Both the position numbers and the translations under genes were made by a program. A stretch of 62,430 nucleotides of DNA from Chara braunii. Taxonomy: Eukaryota > Plantae > Charophyceae. Positions 22,955 to 33,629 of this stretch are shown piece by piece. Each line of letters opens with the position of its first letter. Position 1 is the first letter of the stretch. Where the stretch lies: the NCBI GenBank assembly GCA_003427395.1, contig BFEA01000008.1:3918814-3981243 (forward strand). The letters are read 5' to 3'. The notes under the pieces were generated by a model. That model saw only the letters and a program-made list of their open reading frames with translations, made no database searches and was not told the DNA's origin.

Positions 22955-23871
22955 NNNNNNNNNNNNNNNNNNNNNNNNNNNNNNNNNNNNNNNNNNNNNN
23001 NNNNNNNNNNNNNNNNNNNNNNNNNNNNNNNNNNNNNNNNNNNNNNNNNNNNNNNNNNNNNNNNNNNNNNNNNNNNNNNNNNNNNNNNNNNNNNNNNNNN
23101 NNNNNNNNNNNNNNNNNNNNNNNNNNNNNNNNNNNNNNNNNNNNNNNNNNNNNNNNNNNNNNNNNNNNNNNNNNNNNNNNNNNNNNNNNNNNNNNNNNNN
23201 NNNNNNNNNNNNNNNNNNNNNNNNNNNNNNNNNNNNNNNNNNNNNNNNNNNNNNNNNNNNNNNNNNNNNNNNNNNNNNNNNNNNNNNNNNNNNNNNNNNN
23301 NNNNNNNNNNNNNNNNNNNNNNNNNNNNNNNNNNNNNNNNNNNNNNNNNNNNNNNNNNNNNNNNNNNNNNNNNNNNNNNNNNNNNNNNNNNNNNNNNNNN
23401 NNNNNNNNNNNNNNNNNNNNNNNNNNNNNNNNNNNNNNNNNNNNNNNNNNNNNNNNNNNNNNNNNNNNNNNNNNNNNNNNNNNNNNNNNNNNNNNNNNNN
23501 NNNNNNNNNNNNNNNNNNNNNNNNNNNNNNNNNNNNNNNNNNNNNNNNNNNNNNNNNNNNNNNNNNNNNNNNNNNNNNNNNNNNNNNNNNNNNNNNNNAC
23601 ACACAAACACCCCAACCCCAGCCTGACGCCTTTTTCTCTTTATTTGTTTTCAATTCTTACATCTCAATTTTTTTAAAACACCCAATTTCTCCAAAAGTAT
23701 AGGACAACTCAGCGACCATGTCCCTCATGATAAAAAATGACCCAAAAAAAATCCTGCTTTTCTTTTTTTCTTTTTTATTTGTTTAAATCGATTTTTGTTT
23801 TTCATTTTTTAAAAATCTTACATGAAGTCCGATTCCAGAATAAAAAACATAGGATTGTAGGATTTTCCAAG

Positions 23872-23927
<56 letters not shown>

Positions 23928-24128
23928 CATATTTTTAGGGGTATAAAAAAAATATATTAAAAGAACAGGCCGTGGACAGGGCCTCATTGGCCGCGGCCTT
24001 TTTCGGCCGCGGCGGCCGAATTGCCAGCGGCGTAGGCCGCGGGTGTCACGTAGCTGGAGAGTACTAGTGATGGTTCAGAATGGCCGCATCTTGGCTGCCG
24101 GATCCTGAAAGGCAACAAACCGGCCCGG

Positions 24129-25080
24129 GTGTACTGCCAAGCTCTGCACAAGAACCAGGAGAACTTACTGGATGGGAAGGGTATTATTTTTCATAATCTA
24201 CAGAACTTCAATTCTTTTTGCAGTAAGAAGCAGAAAATTGCGGTTATTACATCCTTTTTTCATATGGCTTATGACATGGGCACATTGCCTGCGACGGAAG
24301 CTTCCTTTTTGTTTTCCCTGAAATTGGAACTGAGGGATCGTAGCTTTCCGAATATTTTCTTTGACAAGGCCCTCGTCAATTTTAATGTTAAGATTGGGCG
24401 GGCTGGACCCAGTGGGTCAATTGTTTCACCAGGGCCTGGGTCCCATAGGAAGAGTCGGACTCTCTTTTTTGGACTCACAGGTGCTTTTCGGTGGTTGGTT
24501 TTTGCTACGATGCAGGAACTCTGCTGTTACTACAGTCTTCACCCAAAATCAACCTTCCGTCATTATAGCTGTATTTGGGCCAACTTTGCATCTAGATACA
24601 GTGATAATGACCGTACGTTGTATTCCGGTGAAGACTGTAGGTATTATATAGGCATCTAAGTCTTTGTTCTTTACCAGCGCAACCGCTGAGGATGGCCAGT
24701 TTGCTGAGGGACCGGCCGAAACACGTGTAGGGTCATAGTCAGCTGGACTTCATGCATGGCGCTTGTGCCTATTTTTACCTGTCAGCTTTAATTTTTCGGC
24801 CTGACGCGCTCAGGGGACGGGGACTTTGCTTTCTTCTCGTCTACTTCTTTGCTTTCTATTTTTTCTTCTTCTTTTCTTCTTCTCTACACCTCTCCATCCC
24901 GCTTCTTATTTTGTTGCCTATGCTCCTTGTGCGCATGGTGTCTTGTTGCATGAGTTTTTTACTCCTCTGGGACTCGCATGTGACCCCTTTTGCCAGGATG
25001 GATGTGCCACAAAAAGGCGCGCTGGTACTTCCCCCCCAGCGTGTGGACAGCATGCCTGCTGGAACTGTGAATTTATAGCT
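24129..25080 (+). mobile_element. 5'-truncated fragment of a second PLE family: RT C-terminus plus 3' UTR/pseudo-LTR (right boundary approximate)
   Basis: YCQALHKNQENLLDGKGIIFHNLQNFNSFCSKKQKIAVI...FLFSLKLELRDRSFPNIFFDKAL aligns with RCEATLKNQDTIWTEEGIVFLSTQDFWSYGPKSQKVGLI...FLLSLRRELRIKGFPGKAFFKAA of ORF2 at 3017-3360. Confidence 0.75.
24674..24748 (+). ncRNA. Minimal type I hammerhead ribozyme motif in the second PLE fragment
   Basis: ACCG-CUGAGGA-U-GGCCaGUUU..GGACcGGCC-GAAA-CACGU-GUA-GGGU; stem III palindrome ACACGUGU; distal stem I CCAGC/GCUGG; predicted cut after 24729; one mismatch at the base of stem I. Confidence 0.8.
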
Positions 25081-25599
25081 GGGGGTCTCATTTTGATAAA
25101 AGGGTCCTTTGCTCAAGGCAATACAACAAATAAGAGTCTCACCAACTTGAAGCTCAAGTAGGGGCCGCATGAACTCCAGAGTGTAACCACAGAAACGCCC
25201 CCGTAGCCATGCACATGCTCCTCCTCCTTTTTTTTTCTTTTTTTTTTTCCTTTTTTACCCCCCCCGCAGCCATGGACATGCTGTTGGCTAGCAACCCTCA
25301 ACCTGGAGTCTACCAGTCTTTATTCTGTTATAGTTCTCTCTCCCTCCCAAAGTCCTCCCCCACGCTGTTTCCAATTCTGGACAACAGGGACAACCGGAGA
25401 CCAGAGGAAATTACAAATAACCCGATAAAGAGAGGTTTGCTTAAATTCAAATCTATTATTCTATTTTACCTCGAGCCAAAGGGGCTGCGCCACGTATCAA
25501 AGCACCGCCATCCTCTCTTTCTTTCTTTCTTTTTTTTTTTTCCTTTTTCTTTTTTTTTCTTTTTTTTTTCCCCTCTGTTTACTTTGTTGTTGTCAAAAA

Positions 25600-25630
<31 letters not shown>

Positions 25631-25748
25631 TATTCCAGGGATGCATTAATTTGGGTGGGTTGGCAGGGGTTTGGTTGGGTTGTTTACATTATAAATTGGT
25701 TTTGGTTGAGTTGCATGGGGTGTGGGATTAAGAAAACGCTTTTCCTCG

Positions 25749-25935
25749 GTCCCTCGGGACATCCGTTTATAATTGGACCGATACAGAGAAGGGAATATGT
25801 TTTTTCCCCCCGCCTTTTTTTGTTCTCAGAGAAGAGAAGGATCATGACACGCATAAATCGAGAAACGGGCCAAAAAAAAAAAAAAAAAAAGATTAGCATA
25901 GCCTCTGCGCATGGATGGCACGCATAAAAATCGAA
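25749..25935 (+). pseudogene. U6: Rearranged U6 snRNA pseudogene
   Basis: gtccctcgggacatccg..aattggaccgatacagagaag, a pyrimidine-rich insert, atgacacgcataaatcgagaaacgggcc + poly(A), then aagattagcatagcctctgcgcatggatggcacgcataaaaatcg. Confidence 0.8.
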
Positions 25936-26220
25936 GCAGCTCCAACAAAAGGACCAGAACGCTTTTCTTCGTGGCGGAGCGGTCCACTCGCTTTTCCTCG
26001 CAGAGTTCGGGTTGTTGTATTGGGGAAACTCCTAATCTGAATGTGATCTTATTTGCGTCATGTGAAAAATGGCATCTGCATCTTCCCACAAAAGGTAGCA
26101 AGATACGTGGGACGCGATGAACCGTCGGCTATGAATCTAGCGAGCTTCTGAGGGAAAGATGCACTCCCCATTTCTCACGTTTCGTGCTTAGTCTCCCGAG
26201 GTCCTTTGTTCTATATACCA

Positions 26221-26281
26221 GAATCCTCTTCAGTATTAAAAAAAAAAAAAAAAAAAAAAAAAAGGAATCCTCTTCAGTATT
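26221..26281 (+). other. Poly(A)-only insertion with 17-bp target-site duplication
   Basis: GAATCCTCTTCAGTATT - A26G - GAATCCTCTTCAGTATT. Confidence 0.8.
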
Positions 26282-26576
26282 GACTATTGACTGACTTCCA
26301 GTTTCCCGTCGATGACACCATTAGCCCGTGTCAAACTGTGAGAGATTGCCACACCCCCACAGAGAGCGAGGGAGGGAAGGAGGGAGAGAAAGGGAGGGGG
26401 GGACGGAGGGAGGGCCGGAGGGAGGGGTGGGGTGGGGGCTGGGGCTGGGACGGGGACGAGAAGAGGGGTTTGGGAGAGGGATCGGGAGGCGGAGGGGGTT
26501 GTTCTACTCTATACAATCATCGTGCACCTGCGGACTTCGATCTCCGCAATCTCCGGCTACGAATGAGTAACTAATA

Positions 26577-26683
26577 ACCGGGGGCAAGGTCCCACTTGCA
26601 CGGATAACGAGATCTCGGCCGTTGATCTCGGCTATCTACGGTCTCTATCTCTTAATTCGTGCAAGTGGGACCTAGCCCCCGGT
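26577..26683. mobile_element. 107-bp MITE-like element with 26-bp TIRs; related copies at ~28240-28300 and ~29430-29526
   Basis: accgggggcaaggtcccacttgcacg / cgtgcaagtgggacctagcccccggt; shared interior g(g/a)ccgttgatct...atct.(c/g)ggt. Confidence 0.7.
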
Positions 26684-26846
26684 AGAGTGGAATCCTGCTC
26701 TGGCGGGTGGCTCACGCCGTCATTGCTTAAGGTCAACGGTGTGCTCTCTGCGCGAAGTGAGCTCCGTGCATGAACCTGCGCGTAATTCCAACCTGATTCG
26801 CAGTGAATTAAAACAACTCGTTGTGTGTGTACTGCTTTTTGGGGTC

Positions 26847-26894
26847 CAAGGATGACACGCACAAATGTAGAAACGGTCCAAAAAAAAAAAAAAA
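26847..26894 (+). pseudogene. U6: U6 snRNA 3' fragment with poly(A)
   Basis: caaggatgacacgcacaaatgtagaaacggtcc followed by an A run. Confidence 0.7.
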
Positions 26895-27183
26895 CACCGT
26901 AGAAACGCCTCCGATGTAGATGCAGTTGAAGAATTTATAATAATTTATAGTCGCAAACTTTCTGTCGTCACTTGCTGGCAAACACGCGTCAGTGACCTCG
27001 CACGCGGTTCATTCCATACGTCTGTGAAAAACATAAAAGGAAACTGAAAAACGAAAAAAAAAAAGAATCAAAGACTGGAAATACCAAAAAAAAGAGTCTA
27101 CACCGAAGTGGACTACCAGCACACGCAGTTGACCTTCCCTGCGCGGCAAAATGAAGCCGCACCTCAATGTAATATGCCCCACC

Positions 27184-27252
<69 letters not shown>

Positions 27253-27988
27253 GAGTTCTTATTGGGAGGATTACATGGTGGACTCCAGAGGATGCATCCA
27301 GGCACTTTCGTTGTATTTTCTGTGGATTTTTGGCGTCAAAATCTGCTGCTCCTTAAGCTCTGCGTCGGACACGTGGGGGCAGTTGATGACCATCGAAGCC
27401 AAGAACTGGGTGGCTGTGTTATCATTAGCCGCGCGTCCTTCTTGCCCAGGGCAGCAACCCCCTCTCTCCGCTCCCCCCACCCCCCGACGCCCCCCACCCT
27501 ACCCCTGACTCCACTCCTCGTCCGCCCCCTCGCCGTCCCTTTGAGTCCCCCATAAGAAGAAAAGAAGTGGAAGACGACGGCAATGACCTTACGTCAGCTG
27601 AGTGACGTGTCAAGTAACCGCCAACTTGCCTACCTTTGTTTTATTTTATGGCACCCTCATAGTAACCTCTGGACGCGATTGATGTCAGATTCAACCAGGC
27701 GGTCGCCGTAATGGCGGTCAGACACAGACGGGACACTCCTACTGCGTTTTGTTTTTTTGGAAACCCTAACTCGATTTTGTTTTTAGGCGACGTACATGGC
27801 CACCTGCCTTCCACTCGAAGGGTCTACCTGCACCACTCGCCATCCGCCAACATTTTGGGATGCATGTGGACTGACTCTGAGTCCAAAATGCAGTCATAAT
27901 TTTGGCCGATGGCGAGTAGTAGCCCGACTACTACCCGTAGCAGACCCGAAGCCGATCACTCGCAACAAGGTTGGAATTGATTAGTTTA

Positions 27989-28238
27989 TTTTTTTTGTCG
28001 TTTGTTCTTCCTAGTACCCCCAGTGGAACCCCAGCGGACCCCCCAGCCTATCTGCTGGCACGAGCCGTTTAGCCCTCCTAAAGCCACGTCCCGCTTGACG
28101 AGATTCTTCATTTTTTTTTTTGTCGTTTGTTCTTCGTAGTACCCCCAGTGGAACCCCAGCGGACCCCCCAGCCTATCTGCTGGCACGAGCCATTTAGCCC
28201 TCCTAAAGCCACGTCCCGCTTGACGAAATTCTTCATTT
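27989..28238. repeat. ~125-bp tandem duplication
   Basis: tgtcgtttgttcttc.tagtacccccagtggaacccc...cccgcttgacga.attcttcattt occurs twice in tandem. Confidence 0.9.
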
Positions 28239-28348
28239 ATGACCGTTGATCTCTCTAATCTAGGGTTAAACATGAGGGATACGAGTAAGTGGGACCGGGA
28301 CACGTCACCGAGCATAAGCTCAGCCAAAGGCAGGCAATCCACGAAGGG

Positions 28349-28387
<39 letters not shown>

Positions 28388-28388
28388 N

Positions 28389-28422
<34 letters not shown>

Positions 28423-28961
28423 CTTTTTTTTTGTGAAAGACAAGCCACGAAGTTTCGAGCCTGCCGACTCGGCCGATTTATTCCATTTTGCCGTTTTCTT
28501 TTGAGAAAAGAAGGGCGATGACCTTGCGGGAGGGTACCTCTAACTTCTGCCCCCGAATACAACGAATGGTCATTATAGCTCTGTATCTAGACTGAAAGAT
28601 GCCTCAAATACAGCTAAAATAACCGTACGTTGTATACAATTGACCGCCGCCAAATATACCGAAGGTGATTTTGATTGATCATATTCAACACAATCGCGCC
28701 ATAATTCCAGATGAGGGCAAAGAGTTGTACTGGTCGCCAGCCACCAACACCTTGAATGCATATTGATGTCCTCTCTGTCCAGATGCATCCGAAGTTCGAG
28801 GGATGCGAGCAGCGCAACTTGGCCCTCACGGAAGACGTCCAACTAACGGTAGCCAACAGCGTTGGATAAAGTGCCTAAATAAATCTGAGTGGTTGTATAT
28901 GATTATAGAAAAAAAAGAAAAAAAAAGAATGTGGGTGGTCGTACGCATATTAAATTCAGAA

Positions 28962-29062
28962 GTCCTTCGGGACATCCGTTAAAATTGGAACGGTACAGAG
29001 AAGATTAGCATGGCCCCTACGCAAGGATGACACGCATGAATCGAGAAATGGTCCAATTTTTT
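28962..29062 (+). ncRNA. U6: U6 spliceosomal snRNA (plant type); gene or recent pseudogene
   Basis: GTCCTTCGGGAC 5' hairpin, ACAGAGAAG box, AGC triad, GGCCCCT.CGCAAGGATGAC ISL, TCGAGAAATGGTCCAA + T-run terminator; a few substitutions versus the plant consensus and no clear USE/TATA at canonical spacing. Confidence 0.88.
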
Positions 29063-29186
29063 TTTTTAAATAAAAAAAATTAAAAAAAATGCAGAAGGGA
29101 GATGAATCCCAAATTATCAGCATCGCTTGGGAAAGACGACTACATTCAGACGTTAAGTCCAAGCCAATATGCTAGAGGACCACTGC

Positions 29187-29345
29187 CCGGGGGGCAAGTC
29201 CCACTAGCAGCGTTGAGCTACCTCAACGCCTGAACCTGGACGTTTTTGCGGGGATGTGCAGAAATGGTGTTGAGTTTCCTGAACTGCAGGTCTCCACAAA
29301 CACGTCCAGATTCAGGCGTTGAGGTAGGTCAACGCTCTCCGTGAC
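29187..29345. mobile_element. Second (inverted, more diverged) copy of the 13282-13448 palindromic element
   Basis: Same arms, loop and flanks in reverse-complement orientation. Confidence 0.8.
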
Positions 29346-29567
29346 CCAGCGTTATTTCTTTTTTTTTTTTTGAAATTCAAAACCGGGGTTTGGTAGGGGT
29401 TGGCTCCAACTGTTCAAAACCGGTCAAGTGTTGGCCCACTTACGCTTATCCTTGCTTTCTGGTCGTTGATCTTCCGAATCTGCAGTCAAAAATCGATCAT
29501 TCGGGTAGGTGGGACTTGGCCCCCGGGGACGAGTCCCCATGAACCAGAACTTTTTTTTTTTTTTTTT

Positions 29568-29672
29568 TTTTTGAATATGTTCGGCCAAACATGTTCGGGT
29601 GGCGTTCGGCTGAACACCCGAACATGTTCGGACATTCGGAAAAGCTCCGAACATGTTTGGTGTGCTACATAG
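29568..29672. mobile_element. Right end of the hAT-type MITE family seen at 38542-38903
   Basis: ttgaatatgttcggc...ccgaacatgtt..gtgtgctacatag matches 38801-38903. Confidence 0.7.
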
Positions 29673-32420
29673 CCCATGCCCAAATCATTGTCCGATGTGT
29701 CGATCTCTCGAACGCGATCCTACATCAGTTGACCAGGACGACCAGTCTAACCACACGATACACTTCTCAACGAAGACTCATGTCTAAATGCAAATCGCAT
29801 GTAGTTCNNNNNNNNNNNNNNNNNNNNNNNNNNNNNNNNNNNNNNNNNNNNNNNNNNNNNNNNNNNNNNNNNNNNNNNNNNNNNNNNNNNNNNNNNNNNN
29901 NNNNNNNNNNNNNNNNNNNNNNNNNNNNNNNNNNNNNNNNNNNNNNNNNNNNNNNNNNNNNNNNNNNNNNNNNNNNTTCAAACCTAACATTTTTTTTTTT
30001 TGGTTTTCACAGTTGTAGAGGAGAACCCACCCCATTCCTACCTCAGCGTTCTTCTTCCTTAGGGTAACCCCTGCTTCTCCATCTAAGGCGGCACTGTTGC
30101 TGGTTCATTCCAGTGCTCTTTTGCTCATCTGATGCTTCTTCACTCATCAAGGTCCAGGACCAAATCCCATTTACCTGAATTCCCAAGATCAACCGGTAGA
30201 AAAGAAGAAATTGGGGGCCTAAGTCCCACTAGTGGGGGGTTAGCCTTCCTTTCGAGTACTTTTCAATGCGGCCGAAGTTCGGCCGTGAGATATTCCGACG
30301 GAGGGCAGGAGCCGGTGGGTGGGTAGGCGAAACCAAGGAGCTGGTGGGTGGGTAGGCGAAACCAAGTCGAAACCCCGAAAAGTGGGACATAGCCCCAGGA
30401 GAGTGGGACTTGACCTTGGGGTCTTAGGCCTCGATGTCAAAAAATTGAGGGAAGAGAAAAAATTGAGGGCAGGTAACTATTGGCTACTGCCTCCACCCTC
30501 CGGTGGTGCAGTAGCCTTTACAAGAGGGGGGGGTTCGGTACCGTTCTGCTCTACGGGGGTCACAGCCTTCCCCCACACCCCAGGACCAAGGGCCTTAGAT
30601 AGGAGCTGTGTTTTCCAAATAATAATAAAAAATAGAAAGAGGGCCTTTTCGAGCTGCCATCCAGTGGGGTCCACGCCTATGGCCCACTAGCGGCGGTTTC
30701 GACTACATCTCGAGTACAGCCCCCTGCCATCCAATCTGAATATTGCATGGCTGCACTGCCTTGTCTCCACATTGAAAGTTACTCAAGAGGAAGACTCAAC
30801 TCCCACTAATGGGACTCAGCCCCTGGTCTGCTTAGCATTACTTGATGGGTGTACCATTCAGCAACGTTGGCTGGTTGCCTTGTTCCAAGCTAGATGGCCA
30901 CAGTCCCTATGCTTTCCAAAGGCAAGTCCTAAATTACGACGACATCTACACCCTGAAGGTCTCGCCTCCTGTGAATGCCAAGAGGCCCAGCACCCCCATT
31001 CACAAAAGAGGAAAAGTAGCGATAGATTTCTTGTGTAGCGCTGTGTTGCCCAACCTCACGCCCAGTGTGACTTCCTGATCGGAGTGAAATGGGGGGCCCA
31101 GAAGTGCGAAAAGGGGGTGTGCCAAGGATTTTAGGAAAGTGGGGGTGGAGTCCCAGGTCGGAACTGAGATCTTCGGTGGTGAGTTTTAGGGGCAGTTGTG
31201 CAAGATGGTAAGCACAAGGCGCATCCGGCCTTTACGTCGTGGAAAATGGAGTTACCATCTTCGCTGGCTCCGTCGTCGGGGGCGGATGCGAATTTGGTGG
31301 ACCGGCGGAATGCTATGCGTGTCGCGCTGCCTTAATAGTTGTTGGCATCGCTCGGAGCAAGCCTCGGAATCCGACGAGGTTGGACTCGAGTGGAGGCTGT
31401 GCGCGCGCTGCTCCGCTTCTGTTCGGGTTCGTCAGATAAATCACGAGGCTCGATACGCGCGGTCTCGTTGGCACTCCGTGCACAGTGTGCGAGGCCAATA
31501 GCGAGCTATAGAATTTCTCGGTACTACTGTGAGCTGATGATACGGAAGGAGAGGAAAGAAAGGAGGGAGATCGGTATTGATAGCGACGAAACCCGAATAT
31601 ATATATATATATATANNNNNNNNNNNNNNNNNNNNNNNNNNNNNNNNNNNNNNNNNNNNNNNNNNNNNNNNNNNNNNNNNNNNNNNNNNNNNNNNNNNNN
31701 NNNNNNNNNNNNNNNNNNNNNNNNNNNNNNNNNNNNNNNNNNNNNNNNNNNNNNNNNNNNNNNNNNNNNNNNNNNNNNNNNNNNNNNNNNNNNNNNNNNN
31801 NNNNNNNNNNNNNNNNNNNNNNNNNNNNNNNNNNNNNNNNNNNNNNNNNNNNNNNNNNNNNNNNNNNNNNNNNNNNNNNNNNNNNNNNNNNNNNNNNNNN
31901 NNNNNNNNNNNNNNNNNNNNNNNNNNNNNNNNNNNNNNNNNNNNNNNNNNNNNNNNNNNNNNNNNNNNNNNNNNNNNNNNNNNNNNNNNNNNNNNNNNNN
32001 NNNNNNNNNNNNNNNNNNNNNNNNNNNNNNNNNNNNNNNNNNNNNNNNNNNNNNNNNNNNNNNNNNNNNNNNNNNNNNNNNNNNNNNNNNNNNNNNNNNN
32101 NNNNNNNNNNNNNNNNNNNNNNNNNNNNNNNNNNNNNNNNNNNNNNNNNNNNNNNNNNNNNNNNNNNNNNNNNNNNNNNNNNNNNNNNNNNNNNNNNNNN
32201 NNNNNNNNNNNNNNNNNNNNNNNNNNNNNNNNNNNNNNNNNNNNNNNNNNNNNNNNNNNNNNNNNNNNNNNNNNNNNNNNNNNNNNNNNNNNNNNNNNNN
32301 NNNNNNNNNNNNNNNNNNNNNNNNNNNNNNNNNNNNNNNNNNNNNNNNNNNNNNNNNNNNNNNNNNNNNNNNNNNNNNNNNNNNNNNNNNNNNNNNNNNN
32401 NNNNNNNNNNNNNNNNNNNN

Positions 32421-32762
32421 AAAAAAAAAAAAAAAATTTGGCCCCGAAATAAAGTGAAAACAAAAAGTTAAAAGTGAAAAAAAAAAAAAAGTGAGTGGGC
32501 GAGCACGTTTTGACATCCCCATCTTTGACGATTTTAATGTTTTTTTGGCTTAGCAGAATGACTTCAACATTTATAGGCGTGTAGGCTACATCATAGAAAA
32601 CTCACAAAAAAACATTCAGAAAAAAAAACTTATTTTTAGGCCCCGAAATTTGTTTTCGCGGGGGCCGAACCTGGAGGTGTTCGGCCCCCGAACGGGACCC
32701 CGAATGCCCGAACGTTCGGGGGCCAGCCCGGACCCCCCCGAACGTTCGGTCAGAGAACCCTG
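32421..32762. mobile_element. Right end of a hAT-type non-autonomous element in a (TA)n tract
   Basis: Repeated ccgaac/gttcgg subterminal motifs ending in AACCCTG (same TIR start as 3475-4480) followed by (TA)n; (TA)n also precedes the gap at 31598. Confidence 0.55.
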
Positions 32763-33629
32763 TATATATATATATATATATATTTTAAAACCCCATATTC
32801 ACAAGAAGGAGTGATGGTAAGAGCATACACCCCTTCCTGATTCACGAAGAGTTCCAATCTATTGGTGAGGAGGAACACCTGTTGGAAAGCGGGTTCAACG
32901 TCCCCTTGAGTACAATAACATAACAGTAGCATTGATGGAAGATATATAATATTGGGTATTACTGGTGTTGGAATAGTCCGGGATCCGAGGATCCCTGCCT
33001 ATAGCCCACTGAAAGTCCCCCTCACACAGTCGATCGTTTTCAGTTTGACAGGGATATTCAGGATTTCTCATCTAAGTTCTTCCTTGAAGGGCGCTTTTAT
33101 AGCCATCTCCTGTTTCGTGGACACACATTGAAGCAAGGCCAAGGTCGACTCATGCAGTCGCGTGTGTATATCGCGACTCCGCTTTTTGGATCGTTGTCAT
33201 ACATGAGCGCGCGGATGAGCGAGAATGACTCGGATCTTGCCCTTTCGTGTCGGCGGGTCGGTGGTGAGCGGTCTTGTTGGCGTATCGATCCTATCCCGCA
33301 TGCATGCAACTACCCTTCTTTGCAGACATCGTCATTCCAGGTAAGATCCAGGCATTACATCCATATCAATACCATTGGGTAACGGACGAAAAGAAAAGGA
33401 GCAACCGCTCCGGCGTCGAGAACCAACACATCACAACATACGTCAGAATCAAAGGCTGACAATCGAACAAAACATGCACGATGAGCATATCCAACCAGAT
33501 CTGGAGTTGTCGTGCAGCGCAGATGGATACTAGGAAGTGAAGAAATTTGGATTATCACCACTAAGCAAAACAAAGAAAATGAGAAACTCAGGAGACCACT
33601 TGAGAAGGGGTGGGGGAAGGGCATAAGTT

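Noticed and set aside
22526-24056. Possible MITE with ggccgcgg-rich ends around a gap
   Set aside because: Could not define convincing TIRs or a TSD.
30070-31200. Possible decayed retroelement ORF
   Set aside because: No recognisable motif or termini.
31534-31592. CTGATGA...GAAA candidate hammerhead
   Set aside because: No convincing stem I, II or III pairing around the core.
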